Assembly: GCA_963675755.2 (NCBI GenBank)
Contig: CAXXMD010000003.1
Location: forward strand, 1,152,001 to 1,216,000
DNA from: a bacterium
GTDB taxonomy: Bacteria > Zhuqueibacterota > Zhuqueibacteria > Residuimicrobiales > Krinioviventaceae
Direction: 5' to 3'
DNA: 64,000 nucleotides
Position numbers and translations under genes: made by a program. Below the pieces are notes generated by a model, which worked only from the letters and a program-made list of their open reading frames with translations, was not told where the DNA came from and did no database searches. Positions 1 to 7,840 of the stretch are shown here, piece after piece; position 1 is the stretch's first letter, and the number at the start of each line of letters is the position of its first letter.

Positions 1-1348
1 GTAATACATATTGACCATTCAGGGTCGTGTGACTGAAAAACATTTTCCCGGATGCGTTCACAATTTCCAACAGCTTTTTGTTCACATCATCCCCGCCAAC
101 ATGTCGAAAACAGACAAGATTCAGCGGCACCGGCGCCATCAGCTCAAAGTCTGGTGAATCTTCAATCCATTTTTTAAATTGTTGTGTCAAATCAACATGT
201 TTGCGCACATGAAACTGTAATCCCTCAATACCATAATGCCGCAGTACAAACCACAGCTTTAATGACCTGAACCGTCTACCCAGAGGAATCTGCCAGTCGC
301 GGTAATCGATCACAGCGCCCGATTCCGTGGCCTTGTTGCGCAGGTATTCGGGGAGTATACTCAGGGTATTGATCAGCGAAGCTTTATCTTTAACAAAAAA
401 ACAATCACAATCAAAATTGGTGAACAGCCATTTGTGCGGATTAAAAGCATAACTGTCAGCCAGCTCTAATCCATCCAGATACTGACGGAACTCGGGGCAT
501 ACCGCAGCACTACCTGACATGGCGCCATCCACATGCATCCACAACTTTTCCCGGTTTGCAATCTCGCCAATTTTCCGTAACGGATCCATAGCGTTAGACG
601 ACGTGGTTCCCACCGTCGCACAAACAAAGCAAGGCTGCAATCCATTTTCGCGATCCAAAGCAATCTGTTCTTCCAGTTTTTCAGGTATCATGGCAAAATT
701 TTCATCCACCTCTATTTTACGCAGATTATCCGTTCCAAAGCCGGCAATTCTCACTGCTTTTTCAAGCGATGAATGGGTCTGGGTGGAAACATATGCAACC
801 AAACCACCCTTGTATCCCTGTGTATTGCATTGAAAATCCGCGGCTTTTTCCCGTGAGGTCAACAGAGCGGTCAGACAGGCGCTTGATGCGGAATCCTGTA
901 TCACGCCTCCACCGCTGTTTGTGGATTTGAATGCCTGAGGTAATCCCATCATATCTACTATCCAGTCCATAACATGGGTTTCCAGTTCCGTACAGGCAGG
1001 ACTCGTTACCCAACTCATACCCTGTACACCCAGACCCGCGGACAATAACTCGCCCAGAATTGACGGACCCGAGGTATTGGAAGGGAAATATGCAAAAAAA
1101 TCAGGACTCTGCCAGTGAGTAATACCCGGCATGATTATGTCATCCACATCTTTTAATATCTTTTCAAAATCTTCACCACTTAAAGGAGGCGCATCCGGAA
1201 GTTTTGCGCGTACCTCTCCCGGTTCCACATCAGATAATACCGGGTATTTATCTACATTTTCATAATAATCTGCAATCCAGTCTACAATCTTTTTTCCCCA
1301 ATGTCTAAAATCGTCCGGGCTCATGTGAAAGCTTGAATCAGTCTTCAT
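1..1348 (-). CDS. PLP-dependent aromatic-L-amino-acid decarboxylase (group II), truncated at window edge
   Basis: Absent from the ORF track because it runs off the edge. Manual translation from ATG 1348 gives MKTDSSFHMSPDDFRHWGKKIVDWIADYY...THWQSPDFFAYFP...SPACTELE...HVDGA...FNPHKW (PLP lysine)...DWQIPLGRRFRSLKLW. Confidence 0.92.
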   Translation of the reverse strand, partial: MKTDSSFHMSPDDFRHWGKKIVDWIADYYENVDKYPVLSDVEPGEVRAKLPDAPPLSGEDFEKILKDVDDIIMPGITHWQSPDFFAYFPSNTSGPSILGELLSAGLGVQGMSWVTSPACTELETHVMDWIVDMMGLPQAFKSTNSGGGVIQDSASSACLTALLTSREKAADFQCNTQGYKGGLVAYVSTQTHSSLEKAVRIAGFGTDNLRKIEVDENFAMIPEKLEEQIALDRENGLQPCFVCATVGTTSSNAMDPLRKIGEIANREKLWMHVDGAMSGSAAVCPEFRQYLDGLELADSYAFNPHKWLFTNFDCDCFFVKDKASLINTLSILPEYLRNKATESGAVIDYRDWQIPLGRRFRSLKLWFVLRHYGIEGLQFHVRKHVDLTQQFKKWIEDSPDFELMAPVPLNLVCFRHVGGDDVNKKLLEIVNASGKMFFSHTTLNGQYVL

Positions 1349-1382
1349 AGTATCCATCCTGTGTGCTTTTATTGTTTTGTAT

Positions 1383-2348
1383 TTAGGGTTGATAAGGTGA
1401 CCAGGGGCCTGTCATTTCTTTTAAAGCTTCCAGCCACCAACGTATTCCGGGTTTATCTTTTGATCCACTACCACCGGAATTCGCATTGGGGCCATGGGGA
1501 GAAACACATTGCAGCCAGGTAGATGCCATCATGTATCCATACCCCTTTTCGAAATGCGCTTTTGTGGACTGGATCTGGTCTATTTTCATTGAATCGGTAT
1601 AAACACCAATATTGATATAATTATACACATCCGGGTGTTTGCTATAAGTCCCCCAATATCTGCCCGGTGCATTTTTAGGCGTTGCTTCTGTTTCTATATA
1701 TGGTTTTTCCGGTACCGGGGTGCAAAAATGAATCCCCAAATCTGCTTCCGGTGGTGGTACGTCTTTAATATTTGCAGCTATGAGTATTGTCGAATCCGCT
1801 TTTTTGCCATTTACAATCATTTCCTGAACATTAAAACCCATTGCTCTTCTGGCCATACCTTCATTATCGGGGTCCACAAATACATTACGAAAATCATTAT
1901 CTGAAAGCCACTGCACAGTATTATAAACCACGGAATTGGCATCAGCTTGAGTCCAGTCCGTGTATTTGGCAGTTGATGTACCCCAATAGAGACACCCCAC
2001 CAGGACGACCATCCCCCTGTCATCTGCGGCTTTAATAATTTTCGCCATACGTTTTGAATAAACCGGATTCAAAGATCCATCCTTATTATAACCCTTGACA
2101 TCACCAAACCGGGATCCCATAAAATATATACTGATAGTATTTACACCATAACTTTTATATTCATCCAGATGATTTATCAAATCGTTTACTATTTCATCCG
2201 AAATTAACGCATTTGAGCAACGTAAACCCGCAACCAAAAATTCATTTCCGTTCAAAAAAGTTTTGTTTCCATTTACAGTCAATGTATTGGTGCCACCCCA
2301 TAGGGTACTCCATACGAATAAAAGGATTATAACAAGACTTTTCTTCAT
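1383..2348 (-). CDS. Secreted glycoside-hydrolase-like TIM-barrel protein (clan GH-A-like)
   Basis: N-terminal signal peptide; YGVNTI, DNEG (NE acid/base-like) and YIETE (nucleophile-like) motifs. Confidence 0.55.
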   Translation of the reverse strand: MKKSLVIILLFVWSTLWGGTNTLTVNGNKTFLNGNEFLVAGLRCSNALISDEIVNDLINHLDEYKSYGVNTISIYFMGSRFGDVKGYNKDGSLNPVYSKRMAKIIKAADDRGMVVLVGCLYWGTSTAKYTDWTQADANSVVYNTVQWLSDNDFRNVFVDPDNEGMARRAMGFNVQEMIVNGKKADSTILIAANIKDVPPPEADLGIHFCTPVPEKPYIETEATPKNAPGRYWGTYSKHPDVYNYINIGVYTDSMKIDQIQSTKAHFEKGYGYMMASTWLQCVSPHGPNANSGGSGSKDKPGIRWWLEALKEMTGPWSPYQP

Positions 2349-2359
2349 ACTTGTTCCTG

Positions 2360-2956
2360 TCAGGCTTTTTGTGCTACCAGTTGAATCACATTACCAGTAC
2401 CATTGTGAAACCTGCCGGCATTCAACTGAATATCTTTTTGCTCAAGGGATATAATTTTCATATTTTCAAAATCTGTTTTCAGATCATTCATACTATACAG
2501 CATTTCAATATTCCTGGGCCCACCGGTTCCATTTTGCAGCTGCTCTTTGCTAAAACTCTCCAAAACCAGGTACCCACCGGACTTTAAACAGTTGATCAAA
2601 TTTCGATGCACCTGCCTACGGTCCTTTTCATGCAGGTGTGAATAAACAATCCCGATGGCATCGTAACTGTTTTCCTCGATTGAAAAGGACGTTAAATCCT
2701 GAATCCAATACTCAATCTCTACTCCCCGCTCCGCAGCCAGTTTTAATGCTTTTTCACGCCCTACCGTACTGGTATCAAAGGCATGGGCTACCCATCCTTT
2801 TGATGCCGCATAAACAGCATTACGGCCTTCACCTTCTGCCGGTAACAGTATTTTACCTGCTGACCGATTATCTATAAATGATTTAAAAAATGCATTGGGT
2901 TCGGTACCATATCCATAATCAGGTGTATTATATCTTTCATCCCACATATTCTTCAT
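2360..2956 (-). CDS. Class I SAM-dependent methyltransferase (TehB-like)
   Basis: MWDERY...YGTEPN and LLPAEGEGRNAVY motif I; LKSGGYLVLE. Confidence 0.85.
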   Translation of the reverse strand: MKNMWDERYNTPDYGYGTEPNAFFKSFIDNRSAGKILLPAEGEGRNAVYAASKGWVAHAFDTSTVGREKALKLAAERGVEIEYWIQDLTSFSIEENSYDAIGIVYSHLHEKDRRQVHRNLINCLKSGGYLVLESFSKEQLQNGTGGPRNIEMLYSMNDLKTDFENMKIISLEQKDIQLNAGRFHNGTGNVIQLVAQKA

Positions 2957-2967
2957 ATTATATAATC

Positions 2968-3609
2968 CTATTTTTCAAACATACTTTTCATCTCGCTGAC
3001 TTTAGCTTCCATCCCGGTTTTAATAGGGCAGCCACTGTCTGCTGTAATATTTATATGCTTCGGGTCTCCGGTTTCAAGAAACGCTTTCATACCATCTGTA
3101 TTTAACCAGTAATATACACCCCAGTTCCAAAAGTCCCATTTCTGTGAGAACGGATTAATTTCATAATCAATATACATCAACTGATTTTGTTCAGTGATAA
3201 CAAAATTCAGGGGGAAATAATCAAGGTTCCACTCTGCCGATCTTGCTTTGTAAAATGCACGTACCAACTGCTCAAAAGCAGAAATGTCAATTTTACCTTT
3301 TGCAACCAAATTCCCGGCGACCGTACCATCAACATATGCCTTTAGCAAGAGTTGCTTTTCGCTATCATAATCTATCAGCTCCGGTACCGGAACGTCAATA
3401 GCTTTCAGGATCTTGTATGCATCAAGCTCGTGATCAAGCTTACTCCCATTGAATGTATAGTAGGTACAAGGTTCATTATGGATTATTTTAAGTACAAATA
3501 ATTCATTGCCACACTCTACCAGCCACGAATATCCGGACTTGCCCTTTCCCAGCAAAGTTTTCAAAAGTAATTGCCGGTGATTAAACCTTATTATTTTTCC
3601 AGGTTTCAT
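2968..3609 (-). CDS. Protein-kinase-like fold protein (small-molecule/RIO-like kinase)
   Basis: LGKGKSGYS Gly-rich loop, VLKI lysine, DYFPLNF catalytic-loop-like and YIDYE DFG-like motifs; start moved to ATG 3609. Confidence 0.6.
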   Translation of the reverse strand: MKPGKIIRFNHRQLLLKTLLGKGKSGYSWLVECGNELFVLKIIHNEPCTYYTFNGSKLDHELDAYKILKAIDVPVPELIDYDSEKQLLLKAYVDGTVAGNLVAKGKIDISAFEQLVRAFYKARSAEWNLDYFPLNFVITEQNQLMYIDYEINPFSQKWDFWNWGVYYWLNTDGMKAFLETGDPKHINITADSGCPIKTGMEAKVSEMKSMFEK

Positions 3610-3670
3610 ATTAAAAAAATAACATTTCAAAAGCGGGAAAACAAGAATTTTGTTTTGAGGAAACAGGGGT

Positions 3671-3710
3671 AAAACATTGCTTTAAAGACAGTGCTCTAAA
3701 GCAATGTTTT
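3671..3710 (-). terminator. Intrinsic terminator after the aldo/keto reductase
   Basis: 14-bp arms AAAACATTGCTTTA (3671-3684) and TAAAGCAATGTTTT (3697-3710). Confidence 0.7.
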
Positions 3711-3716
3711 TATAAA

Positions 3717-4583
3717 TTATGCGGAAATGCTCATTTTAGGTATACGCTCTACCAGATCCATCATCTCTTTTTCATTTTCCTGACCAATGGTAAACGCATC
3801 CACATATTCCTGATTGAGGATGAATTTCAAACACTCGTCCGGTTGTGACTTTAACTTGCCGCCTCCAAAGATTTTCATGCCCAGCACAGCTTTGCCTCTT
3901 TCATGCATCTTTTGTAAAACAGGGACTACTTTATCTACAGTGTCATCCATACGCTCGCCTTTTGGATTAATTCGTGCCAGGTCCACTTGCACCCAATCGG
4001 TTTCTGATGCGGTTTTCAACGCATCCAGCGTATGGCAGGAAACACCATGCGCCCTAACCAGACCTTCATCCCGCATTTTGCTCAACTCTTCCATGGCACC
4101 AGCTTTTAATTCCGGCCAGTTGGCTTCCGTCATCAGGTGTAGTAATACAATATCCAGATAATCCGTATCCATTTCCCGCAAAAATCGTTCTACATCCGAT
4201 CTCATTTCTTTTGCTGTTGTAGCGTGACTTTTGGTCAAAATCACAACCTTTTCCCTGGGTACCAGCTTTAAACCAGCATTCAAATGCGGATGCGTACCAT
4301 ACTGGTCCGCAGAGTCCCAAAAATTTATGCCCTGCTCATATGCTGCCGCCAGTAATTTGGCCACACCCTGAATGCCAAGCTGCCGGGTCTGATTTGAGCT
4401 CTTGTTTACACCATGTGTTCCTGTTCCCATGGCTAACCGGGATGCTTTTATACCCGTATCGCCCAGGGTTACAATATCACTGGCATATTTCTTTTGCTGT
4501 CCGGCGTATAGGAGAGGAGAAAAAGGCAAGAGTGCCGCACCCGTAGATGCAATATTTAAAAATTTTCGTCTATTTATATTCAT
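3717..4583 (-). CDS. Tat-exported aldo/keto reductase
   Basis: MNINRRKFL twin-arginine signal with GGGAG RBS before ATG 4583; motifs LGDTGIKASRLAMGT, DSADQYG, TDYLDIVLLH, GVSCH. Confidence 0.85.
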   Translation of the reverse strand: MNINRRKFLNIASTGAALLPFSPLLYAGQQKKYASDIVTLGDTGIKASRLAMGTGTHGVNKSSNQTRQLGIQGVAKLLAAAYEQGINFWDSADQYGTHPHLNAGLKLVPREKVVILTKSHATTAKEMRSDVERFLREMDTDYLDIVLLHLMTEANWPELKAGAMEELSKMRDEGLVRAHGVSCHTLDALKTASETDWVQVDLARINPKGERMDDTVDKVVPVLQKMHERGKAVLGMKIFGGGKLKSQPDECLKFILNQEYVDAFTIGQENEKEMMDLVERIPKMSISA

Positions 4584-4654
4584 ACAATTACTCCCATTCA
4601 TTATACATAGAAAGGTTAACAAAGAAGCAATTGTAGAAAATTCCCCATGTTATG

Positions 4655-5593
4655 TCATAACCAGAATCGTTTTCTAAAATAGGTTTTACTGTTTTTGTAA
4701 ATCCTTTCAACCTTTTTGGAGCTTGTCAATTCTGTTATATATTTAATCACATGATTCGGATGTAAACTCAAACAAGTGGATATTTCTTCCAGTGTACATG
4801 GCCTTCTTTCAAGCAAGGTCAACACATCCTGAAGCGTATGTCGCTGCTCATCAGTCATTTTTTTAGATGAAAAAAAACCAATAACCTCAACATTACCTGG
4901 GAAAAGAGCAGCAAGCGCGTTTAATTGGTCAGTATCAACAGCCAGAGCAAAGGATTCTGCTGCCGGCCTTGTGGCGGTATTGATCTGTATTTTAGAGTAT
5001 TTCACTTTTTTACAAATAGCTGCAATTTTTTCAACTTTTTCAGGTATTGCAGATACACCCTCCAACAATAAAACTTCCAACCAGAGCGAATGTGTAAACT
5101 CGGTTGAAAATTCCAAAAGCCCCTCTACCAGTTGATCAAAGCTAAAGTCAGAACAGGGTCTGTTAACAAATTGAAACAGATCGTCATCACCCGCATCCAA
5201 AGATGGTATTACAAGATCTGCATCCATCAACTCGGCGCGAACCTGTTTATCCCACAACAATGAACCATTTGTAATCACTGCAACAGGAATGGCTGTCAAT
5301 TTTTTAATTCCGGCAATCATTTCTGCAATACCGGTATTCAGGGTTGGTTCTCCTGAACCGGACAAGGTAATATAGTCTATATTTTTCTTTTGTTTTAAAA
5401 CAGATTTCAATTCTTCAAGAATGGAAGAAATAGGTACATATGCTTTTCTCTCCATTGTCTTTTGAGTGGTACGACCCAATTGACAATAAATACAATCAAA
5501 TGAACAGATCTTATAGGGTACCATATCAATACCCAAAGATTTCCCCAATCTTCTGGAAGGCACAGGACCAAATATGTGTGATTTCGTATTCAT
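4655..5593 (-). CDS. Radical SAM Fe-S oxidoreductase with C-terminal HTH-like region
   Basis: FGPVPSRRLGKSLGID, CSFDCIYC (CxxxCxxC), SGSGEPTL. Confidence 0.9.
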   Translation of the reverse strand: MNTKSHIFGPVPSRRLGKSLGIDMVPYKICSFDCIYCQLGRTTQKTMERKAYVPISSILEELKSVLKQKKNIDYITLSGSGEPTLNTGIAEMIAGIKKLTAIPVAVITNGSLLWDKQVRAELMDADLVIPSLDAGDDDLFQFVNRPCSDFSFDQLVEGLLEFSTEFTHSLWLEVLLLEGVSAIPEKVEKIAAICKKVKYSKIQINTATRPAAESFALAVDTDQLNALAALFPGNVEVIGFFSSKKMTDEQRHTLQDVLTLLERRPCTLEEISTCLSLHPNHVIKYITELTSSKKVERIYKNSKTYFRKRFWL

Positions 5594-5612
5594 AAAAATT
5601 TCCAGAAAAACA

Positions 5613-5647
5613 TCTCTGTCGGTAAAAAATTGTTTTACCGACAGAGA
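5613..5647 (-). terminator. Hairpin/terminator between DUF5320 and the radical SAM gene
   Basis: Perfect 15-bp stem TCTCTGTCGGTAAAA / TTTTACCGACAGAGA, followed on the minus strand by TGTTTTT. Confidence 0.7.
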
Positions 5648-5657
5648 CGGATCATAC

Positions 5658-6017
5658 TTAATCCTGTTTGTTTTCTTTTAACTCGCTAATACGCTTGTTA
5701 ATACTTTTTAGCGTTTTTTCAAGAGAGGCTGTCTGGCTTGTCAACATCTCTAGCTCAATATCAGGATCCATTTTCTCTGGTGCGGCCTGAGCATTCTCAA
5801 CCTCGGGATTAAAGCCGGTTCGCTGCCAGCCGGTTTGACCGGTTGCAAAATACATGTTTCGATGACCCCGGCCACCTCCACGTTTCATGCCCATACCTCC
5901 GCCTCGTCTTCCACCGGAATTCGAATAACCGGGAGAAGCAAATCCGGAACAATAGCCGGCCCCTCTGCCAGTCATCGGTCCCATTCCGACAGGTCCTGTT
6001 TTATCACCAAAAGGCAT
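5658..6017 (-). CDS. DUF5320-family Gly/Arg-rich protein
   Basis: MPFGDKTGPVGMGPMTGRGAGYCSG signature, C-terminal coiled coil, strong AAGGAGG RBS. Confidence 0.85.
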   Translation of the reverse strand: MPFGDKTGPVGMGPMTGRGAGYCSGFASPGYSNSGGRRGGGMGMKRGGGRGHRNMYFATGQTGWQRTGFNPEVENAQAAPEKMDPDIELEMLTSQTASLEKTLKSINKRISELKENKQD

Positions 6018-6051
6018 ATCATTAACCTCCTTTCAATTATTGGGTTTTATT

Positions 6052-6070
6052 AAAAATGGTAATCATTATC
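6052..6070. promoter_or_regulatory. Fur box upstream of the DUF5320 gene
   Basis: AAAAATGGTAATCATTATC matches 16/19 of the Fur consensus GATAATGATAATCATTATC. Confidence 0.7.
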
Positions 6071-6089
6071 AATAATGGTAAAAATTTTT

Positions 6090-6551
6090 TTATGCTGCTC
6101 CTTTACAATCCTTACAAATCCCATAAAAATGTATGATATGATGAAATATATCAAAGTTGTGCTTTTGCGACAAGCTCTGCTCTGTTTTGTCCATCAACTC
6201 TTGTTCTTCATGAACAAAGTCACTATAATCAATAATATTTCTGCATTTTACACAAACAAGATGATGATGATGTTCTTTTTTATTCGGATTGCTTATCAAT
6301 TCGTAACGGGCTTTACCATCACCAAAATCAAAGCGTTGAACAACTCCTATCTGGCAAAACAAATCCAAAGTACGGTATACCGTGGTTAATCCGATAGATG
6401 GATTCATGTTTACCGCTTTTAGATAGATATCTTCAGCGCTTAAATGTTCCATTGTCTGTCTCAATATATCCATAATCACTTTACGGGGCATTGTTGAACG
6501 AAAGCCAAAATCATCTAATCTTTTTTGCCACAAGGGTCCTCTATTTCTCAT
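6090..6551 (-). CDS. Fur-family transcriptional repressor
   Basis: HLSAEDIY, IGLTTVYRTL, HHHHLVCVKC, FYGICKDC. Confidence 0.95.
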   Translation of the reverse strand: MRNRGPLWQKRLDDFGFRSTMPRKVIMDILRQTMEHLSAEDIYLKAVNMNPSIGLTTVYRTLDLFCQIGVVQRFDFGDGKARYELISNPNKKEHHHHLVCVKCRNIIDYSDFVHEEQELMDKTEQSLSQKHNFDIFHHIIHFYGICKDCKGAA

Positions 6552-6579
6552 TAAATCACCTTAAAGTTTAAACCTTATT

Positions 6580-6598
6580 GAAAATGATTTTCATTATC
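6580..6598. promoter_or_regulatory. Fur box (autoregulatory) adjacent to the -10 of the fur promoter
   Basis: GAAAATGATTTTCATTATC matches 16/19 of consensus; perfect 7-1-7 palindrome TGAAAAT-G-ATTTTCA at 6579-6593. Confidence 0.75.
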
Positions 6599-6627
6599 AA
6601 TATAACACATTTTTCATCACCTGTCAA
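6599..6627 (-). promoter_or_regulatory. Sigma70 promoter of the Fur-family gene
   Basis: TTGACA-17 nt-TATATT on the minus strand. Confidence 0.7.
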
Positions 6628-6656
6628 CTAAAAAACTAATTTTCACGCATTTTTAC

Positions 6657-6685
6657 TTGCTTTGTAATCACTTCTTTTTTATCAT
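6657..6685 (+). promoter_or_regulatory. Sigma70 promoter of prxU
   Basis: TTGCTT-17 nt-TATCAT. Confidence 0.55.
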
Positions 6686-6707
6686 TAAATAGACAAAAAT
6701 ATCTCTT

Positions 6708-6725
6708 TGTATTGGATGTGGTAAT
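6708..6725 (+). repeat. Left arm of a perfect 18-bp inverted repeat flanking prxU
   Basis: TGTATTGGATGTGGTAAT is the exact reverse complement of 7463-7480. Confidence 0.95.
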
Positions 6726-6743
6726 CTTGAAAGGAGCTATACA

Positions 6744-7457
6744 ATGTCAGAAAAACAAGCAGGCTGTGCCAGACCAACCGGCGCATCTGTTGGCGAGCCG
6801 GCAAGTGAAACGAAAACAGAAACAATAATTGAAAAGGAGTCAACAATGGTTACTGCCAAAGTGGGCGCCAAAGCCCCCGATTTTGAGGCACCAGCATATT
6901 ATCGCGGCGAGTTTACGACTGTAAAATTGTCCGATTTTTTAGGTAAATGGGTAATGGTTTGTTTTTACCCGGGTGATTTCACCTTTGTTTGAGCGACTGA
7001 AGTGTCAGCGGTCGCTGCCAATTATGATAAATTACAAGAATTAGGTGTTGAAGTTATATCAGTAAGTGTAGACAGCCAGTTTGTACATAAAGTTTGGAAT
7101 GATCAAGAACTTTCAAAAATGGCTGGAAGAGATGTACCCTTTCATATGGCCTCTGATGGCCCCGGCAACGTAGGAACCGTTTATGGTGTCTACGATCCGG
7201 TAGCTGGTGTTGAATTACGGGGACGTTTCATTATTGATCCGGATGGTGTGATTCAGGCAATGGAAGTACTTACACCACCGGTTGGCCGACAACTTTCTGA
7301 AACTATCAGACAAATTCAAGCTTATCAACATGTTCGTTCAACCAAGGGTGCTGAAGTTTGCCCGGCAGGTTGGACCCCAGGTAAAAAAGTTTTAAAACCA
7401 GGTCCAGCTTTGGTAGGCAATGTCTGGAAAGAATGGAATCCTTTAAAAGACCATTAA
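6744..7457 (+). CDS. prxU: Selenocysteine-containing peroxiredoxin (AhpC/Prx1 family), 237 aa with TGA 6990-6992 read as Sec
   Basis: ORFs 6744-6992 and 7002-7457 are in one frame. FYPGDFTFV-(TGA)-ATE aligns with the peroxidatic FYPxDFTFVCPTE motif. Resolving EVCPAGW is present, there is an N-terminal GCARPTG extension, and a SECIS lies downstream. Confidence 0.92.
6993..7020 (+). promoter_or_regulatory. Bacterial SECIS element
   Basis: Hairpin UG(U)CAGC-GGUC-GCUG(C)CA at 7003-7020. The GGUC apical loop begins 17 nt after the UGA and resembles the E. coli fdhF SECIS tip GCA-GGUC-UGC. Confidence 0.8.
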
Positions 7458-7462
7458 AATTC

Positions 7463-7480
7463 ATTACCACATCCAATACA
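7463..7480 (-). repeat. Right arm of the 18-bp inverted repeat flanking prxU
   Basis: ATTACCACATCCAATACA, separated from the prxU stop codon by 5 nt. Confidence 0.95.
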
Positions 7481-7840
7481 CCTAATATCGAGTAAATGAA
7501 GCATTTTTCAAAAATCGTTCACATTTATATTTTGCTTATCATACAGCAACGCGCGCACCCCTCACAATGAACGTAAATAATAATTCTTTCTGCTCAATCA
7601 AACATGGCGCGACTTTTTTCATTTACTCCTACAGTTAAAATGCCCTGTAACCAGATAAAATTATCGCGATTAAAGACGCTCAAGGGGAATTCCCATAAAA
7701 AGATAGTATAAAACTGGAATCCTCATACTGAACTGTTTCTCCTGGCGAACCAATAATTGCTTCAACCGACGATTTGTACTACTGCTTTTGAAAAAGGTCA
7801 ACAGAAATATTAACAATCATTATTCTCAAGTGGGGCAATT

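Noticed and set aside
466-1013. Short ORFs listed at the window start
   Set aside because: They are shadows of the decarboxylase gene that runs off the left edge.
6744-7457. Peroxiredoxin as a nonsense-mutated pseudogene or two separate genes
   Set aside because: The single TGA sits at the catalytic Cys position, both halves are in frame and intact, and a SECIS follows.
6708-7480. Autonomous IS element defined by the 18-bp inverted repeat
   Set aside because: No transposase lies between the arms and no target-site duplication is visible outside them.
7536-7541. Possible second Sec codon at the TGA ending the 27-aa ORF
   Set aside because: It is followed immediately by in-frame TAA and no SECIS-like hairpin.
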